From the NCBI GenBank assembly GCA_030699005.1, contig JAUYLQ010000034.1:1-34730 (forward strand): a DNA stretch of 34,730 nt, read 5' to 3'. This DNA comes from an archaeon. GTDB taxonomy: Archaea > Nanobdellota > Nanobdellia > Pacearchaeales > GW2011-AR1. Positions 24,203 through 31,894 of the stretch are shown one piece after another. The translations under genes were made by a program, and so were the position numbers. Below the pieces are notes generated by a model. That model searched no databases. It was not told where the DNA came from and saw only the letters and a program-made list of their open reading frames with translations. Every line of letters begins with the position of its first letter. The stretch's first letter is position 1.

Positions 24203-25645
24203 ATGGCATTTGATTATAAAAAATTAGGGTTTAAAGCAGGGCTCGAAATTCATCAGCAGCTTGACACACATAAACTTTTTTGCGAATGCCCTTCGGTACT
24301 TAGAACAGACGAACCGCTTTCAGTTGTAAAAAGAAAAATTCATGTTGTTGCAGGGGAAGGGGGAAAAGTTGACGTCGCAGCAAAATTTCAGGGGGAAATG
24401 GAGAAAGAATTTTTTTATCAAACTTATGACACAACATGTCTTGTTGAACTTGATGAAGAGCCACCTCATGAAATAAATTCTGAAGCAGTAAAAATTGCTC
24501 TTGAGATTGCACTTCTTTTAAACTGTGAAATTTTTCCGGCAACAGAAATTATGAGGAAAACAATAGTGAATGGTTCTAACACTTCCGGGTTTCAGAGAAC
24601 GGTTTTAATTGCCCACGGGGGTTACATTGAAACAAGTGAAGGAAAAGTTGGAATTAATTCAATTTACCTTGAAGAAGATTCTGCAAGACCAGTTGAGAAA
24701 GGAGAAAGTTCGGTTGTTTATAGGTTGGACAGGCTTGGAATCCCCCTCCTTGAAATTTCAACGGATCCGGATTTAAAATCTCCGTCTCAAGTCAAAGAAG
24801 CGGCCTTGAAAATCGGGGAAATTTTAAGGAGTACTAAAGTTAGAAGAGGGATAGGAACAATAAGGCAGGATGTTAACATTTCAATTAAAGGCGGGAGAAG
24901 AGTTGAAATAAAAGGATTCCAGGACCCAAAGATTATGGAGAAGTGTATTGAAATTGAAGTTCTTCGACAGAAAAGCTTTGTTGACAAAGGAGAAAAAAAT
25001 GCAAGTGAAGTAAGAAATTGCCTCCCTGATGGCACCACTGTTTTCTTAAGACCGATGCCTGGCTCTTCAAGAATGTACCCGGAAACTGATTTGCCAATTT
25101 TGAAAGTTTCAAGAGATTTAATTAGTCAAGTAAAGAAAAACCTTCCAAAACTTAAAAGTGAGCTTGAAGAGGAGCTAAAAAACCAAGGACTTTCAGAAGA
25201 GATGATAAGTTTATTATTCAAAGAGGGAAAACTTCAGGAATACAAAGAGCTTTATGAAATTAGCGGGAATCCTAAATTAATCTCAAAACTTTTGCTTTTG
25301 CTCCCCAAAGAGATAGCAAAAAAAGAGGGAAAGAAAATTGAAGAAATTGAGGAAACTCTCTCTTCGGATGTTTTAATTTTTGTACTAGAGTCTGTTTACA
25401 AAGAAAAAATTCAGGAAAAAGATGTGAAACACGTTCTTGAAAAGATTGTAACTGGGATTCCTCCTCAAGAAGCAATAAAACTTGAAAAGGAAGATTTTTC
25501 CGATATTGAGGAAAAAATTATGAATATCTTGAAAGAAAAACCGGGTCTTTCCCCAAATGCATATATGGGTCTTGTTATGAATGAGTCCAAAGGAAAAATT
25601 TCTGGTGAAGACGCAATGAAAATAATAAGGAAATTTTTGAAGTAA
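24203..25645 (+). CDS. gatE: Glutamyl-tRNA(Gln) amidotransferase subunit E, short form
   Basis: 480 aa. GLEIHQQLDTHKLFCECPS, LVELDEEPPH, GFQRTVLIA, YLEEDSAR, IRQDVNISIKGGRRVEIKGFQD, LPDGTTVFLRPMPGSSRMYPETDLP. C-terminal helical/YqeY-like tail. Confidence 0.88.
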   Translation: MAFDYKKLGFKAGLEIHQQLDTHKLFCECPSVLRTDEPLSVVKRKIHVVAGEGGKVDVAAKFQGEMEKEFFYQTYDTTCLVELDEEPPHEINSEAVKIALEIALLLNCEIFPATEIMRKTIVNGSNTSGFQRTVLIAHGGYIETSEGKVGINSIYLEEDSARPVEKGESSVVYRLDRLGIPLLEISTDPDLKSPSQVKEAALKIGEILRSTKVRRGIGTIRQDVNISIKGGRRVEIKGFQDPKIMEKCIEIEVLRQKSFVDKGEKNASEVRNCLPDGTTVFLRPMPGSSRMYPETDLPILKVSRDLISQVKKNLPKLKSELEEELKNQGLSEEMISLLFKEGKLQEYKELYEISGNPKLISKLLLLLPKEIAKKEGKKIEEIEETLSSDVLIFVLESVYKEKIQEKDVKHVLEKIVTGIPPQEAIKLEKEDFSDIEEKIMNILKEKPGLSPNAYMGLVMNESKGKISGEDAMKIIRKFLK

Positions 25646-26166
25646 TGGAAATTAAAGTCGATTTTGCAACCGAAAAAGATTTGGATGCAGTTTACTCTTT
25701 AAATCAGGAAAATTTAAGAGAAAATGTTCCTAATCAAAAAGAAGGCTTTCTAACTTTTAATCCTTCTAAAAGTGATTGGAAAAAATACATTAATAACAAA
25801 TTAATTGTCGTTGCAAAAGATAAAAACTTTGTTGCAGGATATCTTTTAATTTTTGATGAGCCTCCGAATAATGAATTTTTCAATCCAATTGTAAAAGGGA
25901 TTAAGAAATTAAAGATAAAACATTACTTTCTTCTTGCTCAAGATTGTATTCATAGGGATTATCGTGGAAAAGGGATATTAAATATGCTTTATGATAAAAT
26001 AAAGCAAATTTATAAGAAAAAATATCACTTCGGAATCGGAGAGATAGAGGAATCCAATAAGATCTCTTATTATGTCCATATAAATAAAATTGGAATGGAG
26101 AAAATAGGGGAGTATTTTTTTGAAGGATTTAAATGGAATCTTGTTTCATTAAATTTAAGGAAATAG
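25645..26166 (+). CDS. GNAT-family N-acetyltransferase
   Basis: 173 aa. The start ATG overlaps the gatE TAA by 1 nt (TAATG). Acetyl-CoA motif A-like IHRDYRGKGILNMLYDKI. Confidence 0.7.
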   Translation: MEIKVDFATEKDLDAVYSLNQENLRENVPNQKEGFLTFNPSKSDWKKYINNKLIVVAKDKNFVAGYLLIFDEPPNNEFFNPIVKGIKKLKIKHYFLLAQDCIHRDYRGKGILNMLYDKIKQIYKKKYHFGIGEIEESNKISYYVHINKIGMEKIGEYFFEGFKWNLVSLNLRK

Positions 26167-26225
26167 ATTATCGTAGAATTTTCCCCATAGAAAACATTAA
26201 AAATAACTTTATGCTAGAGGTTGTT

Positions 26226-27509
26226 ATGGAAAGAACTTATATTGAAAATTTAAGGCCAGGGGAAGAGTCATCAATTTCAGGTTGGGTTTATGAGATAAGA
26301 GAGCTTGCAAAAATCAAATTTATGGTTATTCGTGATTTTACAGGGATGGTTCAGTGCATTGTAAAAGATGAAAAGATTATGAAAGTCTTTCCCGAATTAA
26401 GTTTAGAAAGTGTTGTTGAAGTTTCAGGAGTTGTAAAAAAAGCCGAGGTTAAAGCCGAACATGCAAGAAGGGATGTTGAAATCGAAGTAAAGAGCTTAAA
26501 AATTCTAAACAAAGCTGAAAAACTTCCAATTCACGTAAATGAAAAGGCCGTTGAGGCAACAGAATTGTCCAAGAGATTGGATTACAGGTCTCTTGATGTA
26601 AGGAAACCCAGAGTTCAGGCAATTTTTAAAATTCAGTCAACGGTAATAAATGCTTTTAGGGAATTTTTTTATAAAAATAAATTTATAGAAATTCAGCCTC
26701 CTGGAATAATTGCGACTTCAACTGAAGGGGGAACTGATTTGTTTGAGGTTAAATATTTTGACAAAAAGGCATATCTTGCGCAAAGTCCGCAACTCTATAA
26801 ACAGTTAATGGCAATTTCTTTAGAAAAAGTTTTTTCAACAAGCGCCATATGGAGAGCTGAAAAACATGATACCTCAAAACACATTAATGAAATAAGGCAG
26901 ATGGATATTGAAGTTGCATTTGCGGATGACCTAAAAATAATGAAGTATTTGGAAGAAGCCGTTCAGTTTATTGTTCAAAAAGTTCTTGAAAACAACAAAA
27001 AAGAAATAGAGGTTTTGGGGATCGAATTAAAAGTTCCAAAAGCAAAGTATCTAACTTACAAGGAAGCAATTGAACTTTTGAATAAAAATGGTTTCAAGTT
27101 AAAAGTTGGAGATGACTTTGAGCCTGAGGCAGAGAGAAAACTTTGCGAGCTTTTCCCCGATTCAATTGTCTTTACATACGAATGGCCTATTGAGATTAAA
27201 CCATTTTATATCTGGCCAAAAGATGAAAAGAAAGGAGTTTCAGGCGGGTTTGACGCTCTTTACGGGGGAGTTGAAATTTCTTCAGGAGGACAAAGGATTC
27301 ATTTGCCGGAACTTTTAACTAAGCAAATAAAATTGAAGGGTTTGAAACCCAAAGATTTTGACTGGTATATTGAAGCTTTCAAATATGGTGCTCCGATGCA
27401 TGCCGGATGGAGCATTGGTCTCGAGAGGCTCACTTATGCAATCCTTGGACTTGATAACATCCGAGAGGTTACACTTTTTCCAAGGGATAGAAGAAGACTT
27501 ACCCCCTAA
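26226..27509 (+). CDS. aspS: Aspartyl-tRNA synthetase, archaeal type
   Basis: Start taken at MERTYIENL (ATG 26226). OB-fold ISGWVYEIRELAKIKFMVIRDFTGMVQCIV. Class II motifs FIEIQPP, FRAEKHDTSKHINE, GGVEISSGGQRIH, GWSIGLERL, LFPRDRRRLTP. Confidence 0.92.
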   Translation: MERTYIENLRPGEESSISGWVYEIRELAKIKFMVIRDFTGMVQCIVKDEKIMKVFPELSLESVVEVSGVVKKAEVKAEHARRDVEIEVKSLKILNKAEKLPIHVNEKAVEATELSKRLDYRSLDVRKPRVQAIFKIQSTVINAFREFFYKNKFIEIQPPGIIATSTEGGTDLFEVKYFDKKAYLAQSPQLYKQLMAISLEKVFSTSAIWRAEKHDTSKHINEIRQMDIEVAFADDLKIMKYLEEAVQFIVQKVLENNKKEIEVLGIELKVPKAKYLTYKEAIELLNKNGFKLKVGDDFEPEAERKLCELFPDSIVFTYEWPIEIKPFYIWPKDEKKGVSGGFDALYGGVEISSGGQRIHLPELLTKQIKLKGLKPKDFDWYIEAFKYGAPMHAGWSIGLERLTYAILGLDNIREVTLFPRDRRRLTP

Positions 27510-27943
27510 TTCATCTCGTTTAGAACAATTATTGTTTGGGTTTTATCCACTCCTTCAATATTCCTTATTTTGTGTGTGATGATTTCGTTTAAATTTTTTA
27601 TCGAATCTGTTTTTACAACTGAGAGTATATCTGTCTGGCCCGTAACGATATCTGTTGAAATCACATCTTCTATTTTGCTTATTTTTTCAGCAATCTCTTC
27701 CTGAGGATGGCTTTTATTCTGGTTTACTGTGACTAAAATATAAGACTTAATGGGCTTTCCAATTTTCTCATGATCTAAATTGATGGTATAATTTTTTATT
27801 ATCCCATTTTCCTTTAACCTTTTTATTCTATTGTGAACAGTTGTGATGGGAATTTTTGATTTTTTTGAAATTTGACTTACAGTTAAAGATGAATCTTCTT
27901 TTAAAATAAGGATTACCCTTTTATCTTTTTCATCTAACTTCAT
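27506..27943 (-). CDS. Lrp/AsnC-family transcriptional regulator
   Basis: 145 aa. LDEKDKRVILILKEDSSLTVSQISKKSKIPITTVHNRIKRLKENGIIKNYTINLD (HTH) followed by an RAM/ACT-like C-terminal domain. Confidence 0.88.
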   Translation of the reverse strand: MKLDEKDKRVILILKEDSSLTVSQISKKSKIPITTVHNRIKRLKENGIIKNYTINLDHEKIGKPIKSYILVTVNQNKSHPQEEIAEKISKIEDVISTDIVTGQTDILSVVKTDSIKNLNEIITHKIRNIEGVDKTQTIIVLNEMN

Positions 27944-27946
27944 ATA

Positions 27947-27963
27947 ATGGAAAAATATTCCAT
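27947..27963. promoter_or_regulatory. Palindromic candidate operator ATGGAA-N5-TTCCAT between the lrp TATA and the lrp start codon
   Basis: Perfect 6-bp arms. Related GGAA/TTCC-containing elements lie at 27992-28002 (GGATATTTTCC) and 28007-28016 (ATTCTGGAAT) in the same divergent intergenic region. Confidence 0.4.
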
Positions 27964-28049
27964 ATTTATATACATTTCTAAATTATTTTGGGGATATTTT
28001 CCACTTATTCTGGAATAAATTTATATAACCTTTTTTTCAAGATTCTTTG

Positions 28050-28682
28050 ATGAAGCACTTTAATTTAAGAGATTTTATTGAAAAGAAAGACTCTTCATTT
28101 GAGAGTTCATTTTTTAGGGAAGGGCAAAAATATGTTTTAGATTATTTTCAAAATTCAGGTAAAGAAGCAAAATTGGCTTTACATGATGAACAAACAAACA
28201 CTTGTTTTGAAAAGTCAAGGATTTTGGGGTGGGATCCTCAAAGGGTGGTTAAATCAATTTTTTTGTACGACAGTAAGGGGAAATTTTACGGATTTGTAAG
28301 CCCCGAACTAGGGGAATCGGAAGATAAACCCCTCAGATTTAATAACCAGACCATATCAAAAATTTTTTCAGATGAGGTAGAGAGAAAGAAAATGATGAAT
28401 CTTTCAAATTCAGTGTACCCTTTGGGTATGGAGAAAGGAACTTGCACCCCTTTTGTTCCAGAGTATTACTTTCAGGATGGAGACGGTTTTACTGGGAGAT
28501 TGGAAAGGATATTTGTTTATACAAGCTCGAATATAAATAAAAAATTGGTGGATATCTCTTTTGGAGGCGAAGGTGAACTGGCCCAAAAGACTTCACTGCA
28601 TCTAACTTACGAAGATATTTATCTTTGCCTTAACCAGGCTTTTCCGGGAAGGATAACGCAATTTAACTTTGAAAAAGTTTAA
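28050..28682 (+). CDS. Divergent YbaK/ProX-like aminoacyl-tRNA deacylase-fold protein (candidate trans-editing factor)
   Basis: First ATG at 28050; TTG at 28047. ILGWDPQRVVKSIFLYD (conserved Lys strand), LGMEKGTCTPFV (equivalent of GGxSPxG) and VDISFGGEG line up by eye with my recollection of H. influenzae YbaK. Carries an extra N-terminal extension. Confidence 0.5.
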   Translation: MKHFNLRDFIEKKDSSFESSFFREGQKYVLDYFQNSGKEAKLALHDEQTNTCFEKSRILGWDPQRVVKSIFLYDSKGKFYGFVSPELGESEDKPLRFNNQTISKIFSDEVERKKMMNLSNSVYPLGMEKGTCTPFVPEYYFQDGDGFTGRLERIFVYTSSNINKKLVDISFGGEGELAQKTSLHLTYEDIYLCLNQAFPGRITQFNFEKV

Positions 28683-28700
28683 AACGTTTAGAAATTCAAT

Positions 28701-30008
28701 ATGAATATGAAGTTCATATCCATAAAGGAAGCAATCAAAAAAGGCAAGGGGAATGTTGCAGTCAGAGGATGGGTTTATCGTGAAAGGGGTTCAAACAAAT
28801 TCAAATTTTTAGTTTTAAGAGATTCAACCGAGATAATACAGGTTGTTTTGAAAAGTGAAAAGTTTGAAAAAGATTGGGAAGGAATTGATAAAATTACGGT
28901 TGAAAGTTCTGTTGAAATCGTGGGAGATATAAAGCCGGATAAAAGGGCTCCGACGGGTTATGAAATAGATGCTGATAAAATAAACATTATTCATGTTGCA
29001 GAAGACTTCCCGATAAATAAAGATTTAAATGAAGAACTTCTTGGGGACAGAAGGCATTTGTGGCTCCGAAGCCGGAAAATGACTTCGATTTTGAAAATCC
29101 GGTCAACGGTTTTAGAAGCGATAAGAAGTCATTGGCGCGATAAAGGGTTTTATGAATATCACAGTCCAGAAATTTTAAACCTTGCAGGAGAGGGGGGGTC
29201 AACTTTATTTAATGTGGATTACTTTGGAAAACCTGCCTACTTATCTCAGACGTGGCAACTTCACGCCGAGCCTGCAATTTTCGCGCTTGAGAAAATTTTT
29301 ACCATTCAACCGGCTTTTCGGGCTGAAAAATCAAAAACTTCAAGACACTTAGCCGAACTATGGATGGCTGAAATGGAAGAAGCGTGGTCAAACTTTGAAA
29401 ATTTGCAGGATGATGCTGAAGAATTGATTAAGGATATAATAAAAAAAGTCCTTCTTGAAAACTCTGAGGAATTGAAAATTCTTGAAAGAGATGGAAAAAA
29501 ACTCGAATCATCCTTAAAGAAAAAATTCCCAAGAATGACTTATACCGAAGCGTTGAAACTTTTGAAAGAAAAAAAGAAAATAACTGTTTCTTGGGGTAAG
29601 GATTTACGAACTGTTGAAGAAGACAAATTAAGCGAGTTGTTCGATACTCCAATTATTGTAACCGAATACCCTAAAGAAGTAAAAGCATTTTATATGAAAG
29701 AACCTGTTACACATCCCAAGGATGGAAAAGTTGTTCTGGGGTTTGATATGATTGCCCCTGAAGGGTATGGTGAAATCGTCGGAGGATCTCAAAGAGAGGA
29801 AGACTTAGAGAAAATAAAAAATAATCTCTTAAAAGATGGTGAAGACTTGGGAAAATACGAATTTTACTTTGACACTAGGCGTTATGGTTCAGTTCCTCAC
29901 GGAGGATATGGAATGGGTGTTGAGAGGGTTATCTCCTGGATTTGTGGTCTTGAAACTATAAAAGATGCAATAGCATTCCCGAGGACAATGACGAGGCTTA
30001 GTCCCTAA
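28701..30008 (+). CDS. asnS: Asparaginyl-tRNA synthetase
   Basis: 435 aa. OB-fold VRGWVYRERGSNKFKFLVLRDSTEIIQVV. Class II motifs YHSPEIL, FRAEKSKTSRHLAE, EIVGGSQREED (AsnRS-type GGSxRE rather than the GGQRIH of AspRS), GYGMGVERV, AFPRTMTRLSP. Confidence 0.9.
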   Translation: MNMKFISIKEAIKKGKGNVAVRGWVYRERGSNKFKFLVLRDSTEIIQVVLKSEKFEKDWEGIDKITVESSVEIVGDIKPDKRAPTGYEIDADKINIIHVAEDFPINKDLNEELLGDRRHLWLRSRKMTSILKIRSTVLEAIRSHWRDKGFYEYHSPEILNLAGEGGSTLFNVDYFGKPAYLSQTWQLHAEPAIFALEKIFTIQPAFRAEKSKTSRHLAELWMAEMEEAWSNFENLQDDAEELIKDIIKKVLLENSEELKILERDGKKLESSLKKKFPRMTYTEALKLLKEKKKITVSWGKDLRTVEEDKLSELFDTPIIVTEYPKEVKAFYMKEPVTHPKDGKVVLGFDMIAPEGYGEIVGGSQREEDLEKIKNNLLKDGEDLGKYEFYFDTRRYGSVPHGGYGMGVERVISWICGLETIKDAIAFPRTMTRLSP

Positions 30009-30176
30009 ATCTGTAAAAATAGAGGATAAAAAGGGAGAGTAAAGGAAGTAAAATTCTCCCAATTTCATTAACTTTTACCTTTTAAACTTTGCCCTTCTTT
30101 TTTGTCACTTAAATTTATTCGGAAACTTTAAAAAGTCTTCAGAGAGTAAGAGTTTAATTAAATCGGAGGGATTCAA

Positions 30177-30275
30177 ATGGCAAAAAAGGCATACAGCGAA
30201 GAAGACGAAGACTTCGAAGATGACAAAGAAGGCAAAGATGACGATGGAGACTTCGAAGAAGACGAAGACTACTAG
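30177..30275 (+). CDS. Unannotated 32-aa hyper-acidic microprotein MAKKAYSEEDEDFEDDKEGKDDDGDFEEDEDY
   Basis: ATG preceded by GGAGGG 8 nt upstream and an AT-rich TATA-like TTTAATTAAAT. 18 of 32 residues are D/E. Internal repeat EEDEDF / EEDEDY. C-ending codons (GAC, TTC, TAC) contrast with the AT-rich surroundings. Below the size cutoff of the ORF track. Confidence 0.5.
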   Translation: MAKKAYSEEDEDFEDDKEGKDDDGDFEEDEDY

Positions 30276-30471
30276 GTTTAAATCTTTTGATTTCTTAATT
30301 TTTATATTTTAATAGTTGGCGGTTTCGTAAAGTTTTTAATAAAATTAGTTCTAAATCGGATAATCTTTTTTTAATGGGGATTCTTAGTCAATCTAACTCA
30401 GAAATCTTTCTTAATAAGTTCATTTAAGGTACCTCTTAATGAAGTTAGGTTGAGATTAAACCGTTAAAAAG

Positions 30472-30708
30472 TTAGTATCTTCTTTCAGGAATGTGAACAA
30501 GGCATCCAGAACAAATTGCTTGGTCTTCTTTTGTAACGGGGTTTTTTACAAACTTATAATACCCTGGCCTTAATTCCTGCTTGCAGTTAGAGCACTTTTT
30601 ATCCTGCTTTTTCATTAATTCTTCACGGCCCGAACTTGCAATTTTTACATCCTTCAATTTTCTTGATTTCAAAGCATTTATGTAATTGCTTGAATCGATG
30701 GTTGTCAT
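30472..30708 (-). CDS. Small zinc-ribbon protein (CxxC...CxxC)
   Basis: 78-aa ORF with ATG start. CSNCKQEL...CSGCLVH cysteine pairs are 27 residues apart. Confidence 0.5.
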   Translation of the reverse strand: MTTIDSSNYINALKSRKLKDVKIASSGREELMKKQDKKCSNCKQELRPGYYKFVKNPVTKEDQAICSGCLVHIPERRY

Positions 30709-30812
30709 GTAAAACTAAGATTTCTCGAGATTATAAATTTAATTATCCTGCTTGACAATATTACTTCGGAGCCATTACCAAATTTTAAATAGGGGTCTCT
30801 CTTTTTTCCTTC

Positions 30813-31850
30813 ATGAACGTGGAATACCTAGTTGGTTCAAAAGATGATTTTTTAAGGTTTTTGGACTCTATTGGGCTTTATGACAAAGTGGCTGTTTTAA
30901 CTCATAATGACCTGGATGGAGTTGCCTCAGGCATATTCATTGAAAAAATTCTTGAAGCAAAGGGGATAAAACTGGATTATATCAATTTCCTAGATATTAA
31001 AATTGATATGGTCAAAGAAATTTCGATTAATTTAAAGGAAAGGGGGATTACAAAAGTTTTTTTTAGTGATTTAAACGTTGAATCAATTGACCCTGAAGGT
31101 TACGAAGACCTGAGAAGAGAAAAAGATGTTTTTTTGATTGACCACCATCCTATTCCTGAAAACCTAAAAGATAAGTCAAACATGATAAAAACCATTTCTG
31201 AGGATTGTGCCGCACTTGACGTTTTTGTTCTTGGTGAAGAAATTCTGGATTATCCATCATGGGGATGGCTGGTTTCTGCTGCAATTTTTGCGGATTACTC
31301 TTTTAGGTTGGAAAAAAATTTTAATTTTTTGAAATCTTTTTATCCGGAAGCAACTTTTGAAAATTTGTCATCTTCAGTTCCGGGATTAAATGCAAGAAAA
31401 ATTTCTTCAGCTTTAGTTTATTATAAGAATGATGTTACTCATGTTTACAATCTTTTGAAAGAAAGAAATCTGGAAGAACTTTCCGAAATTCATGAATTAA
31501 TTGAAGAAGAGGTCTATAAAATTGTTGACGATTTCTCCATCCATAAAGAATATTTTCCAGAAAGGGATATTTATTTTTATGAGATAAAGTCCCGGTTTGA
31601 TGTCCTTAGTTATGTTGCAACTTTAATTGCGGGGGCAGATATGGAAAAAAATTTTCTTTTTATGTACAGGGGGAAAGAAATGATTAAGTTCTCCGCAAGA
31701 AGTTCAAAATCAAAAATTAATATGGGGGAATTAATGAAAAAAGGTGTTGAAGGTTTCCCTGGAGCTGACGGAGGAGGGCATTCTGAAGCAGCGGCTGCAA
31801 AAATTATGCCGGAGAATTTGGAAGCTTTCAAAAAAAGAGTTTTAGAGTAA
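30813..31850 (+). CDS. DHH/DHHA1 family phosphoesterase (RecJ/NrnA-like), paralogue 2
   Basis: 345 aa. VAVLTHNDLDGVASG (motif I), VFFSDLN (II), VFLIDHHP (III), GADGGGHSEAAAAKI (DHHA1 GGGH motif). Confidence 0.8.
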   Translation: MNVEYLVGSKDDFLRFLDSIGLYDKVAVLTHNDLDGVASGIFIEKILEAKGIKLDYINFLDIKIDMVKEISINLKERGITKVFFSDLNVESIDPEGYEDLRREKDVFLIDHHPIPENLKDKSNMIKTISEDCAALDVFVLGEEILDYPSWGWLVSAAIFADYSFRLEKNFNFLKSFYPEATFENLSSSVPGLNARKISSALVYYKNDVTHVYNLLKERNLEELSEIHELIEEEVYKIVDDFSIHKEYFPERDIYFYEIKSRFDVLSYVATLIAGADMEKNFLFMYRGKEMIKFSARSSKSKINMGELMKKGVEGFPGADGGGHSEAAAAKIMPENLEAFKKRVLE

Positions 31851-31894
31851 TTTTGAATATAAATCTTTATTAATCTTTTTTGTTAATCTCTTTA

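Noticed and set aside
26133-26225. N-terminal extension of aspS (MESCFIKFKEIDYRR...) overlapping the GNAT gene
   Set aside because: The AspRS OB-fold begins right after MERTYIENL (ATG 26226). The extension overlaps the GNAT 3' end and has no counterpart in AspRS.
30033-30060. GGGAGA(G)...(T)TCTCCC hairpin after asnS as a terminator
   Set aside because: The stem is only 6-7 bp with a 14-16-nt loop. Archaeal termination generally relies on oligo-T tracts, and one (CTTCTTTTTTGTC) lies further downstream. The structure is too weak to call.
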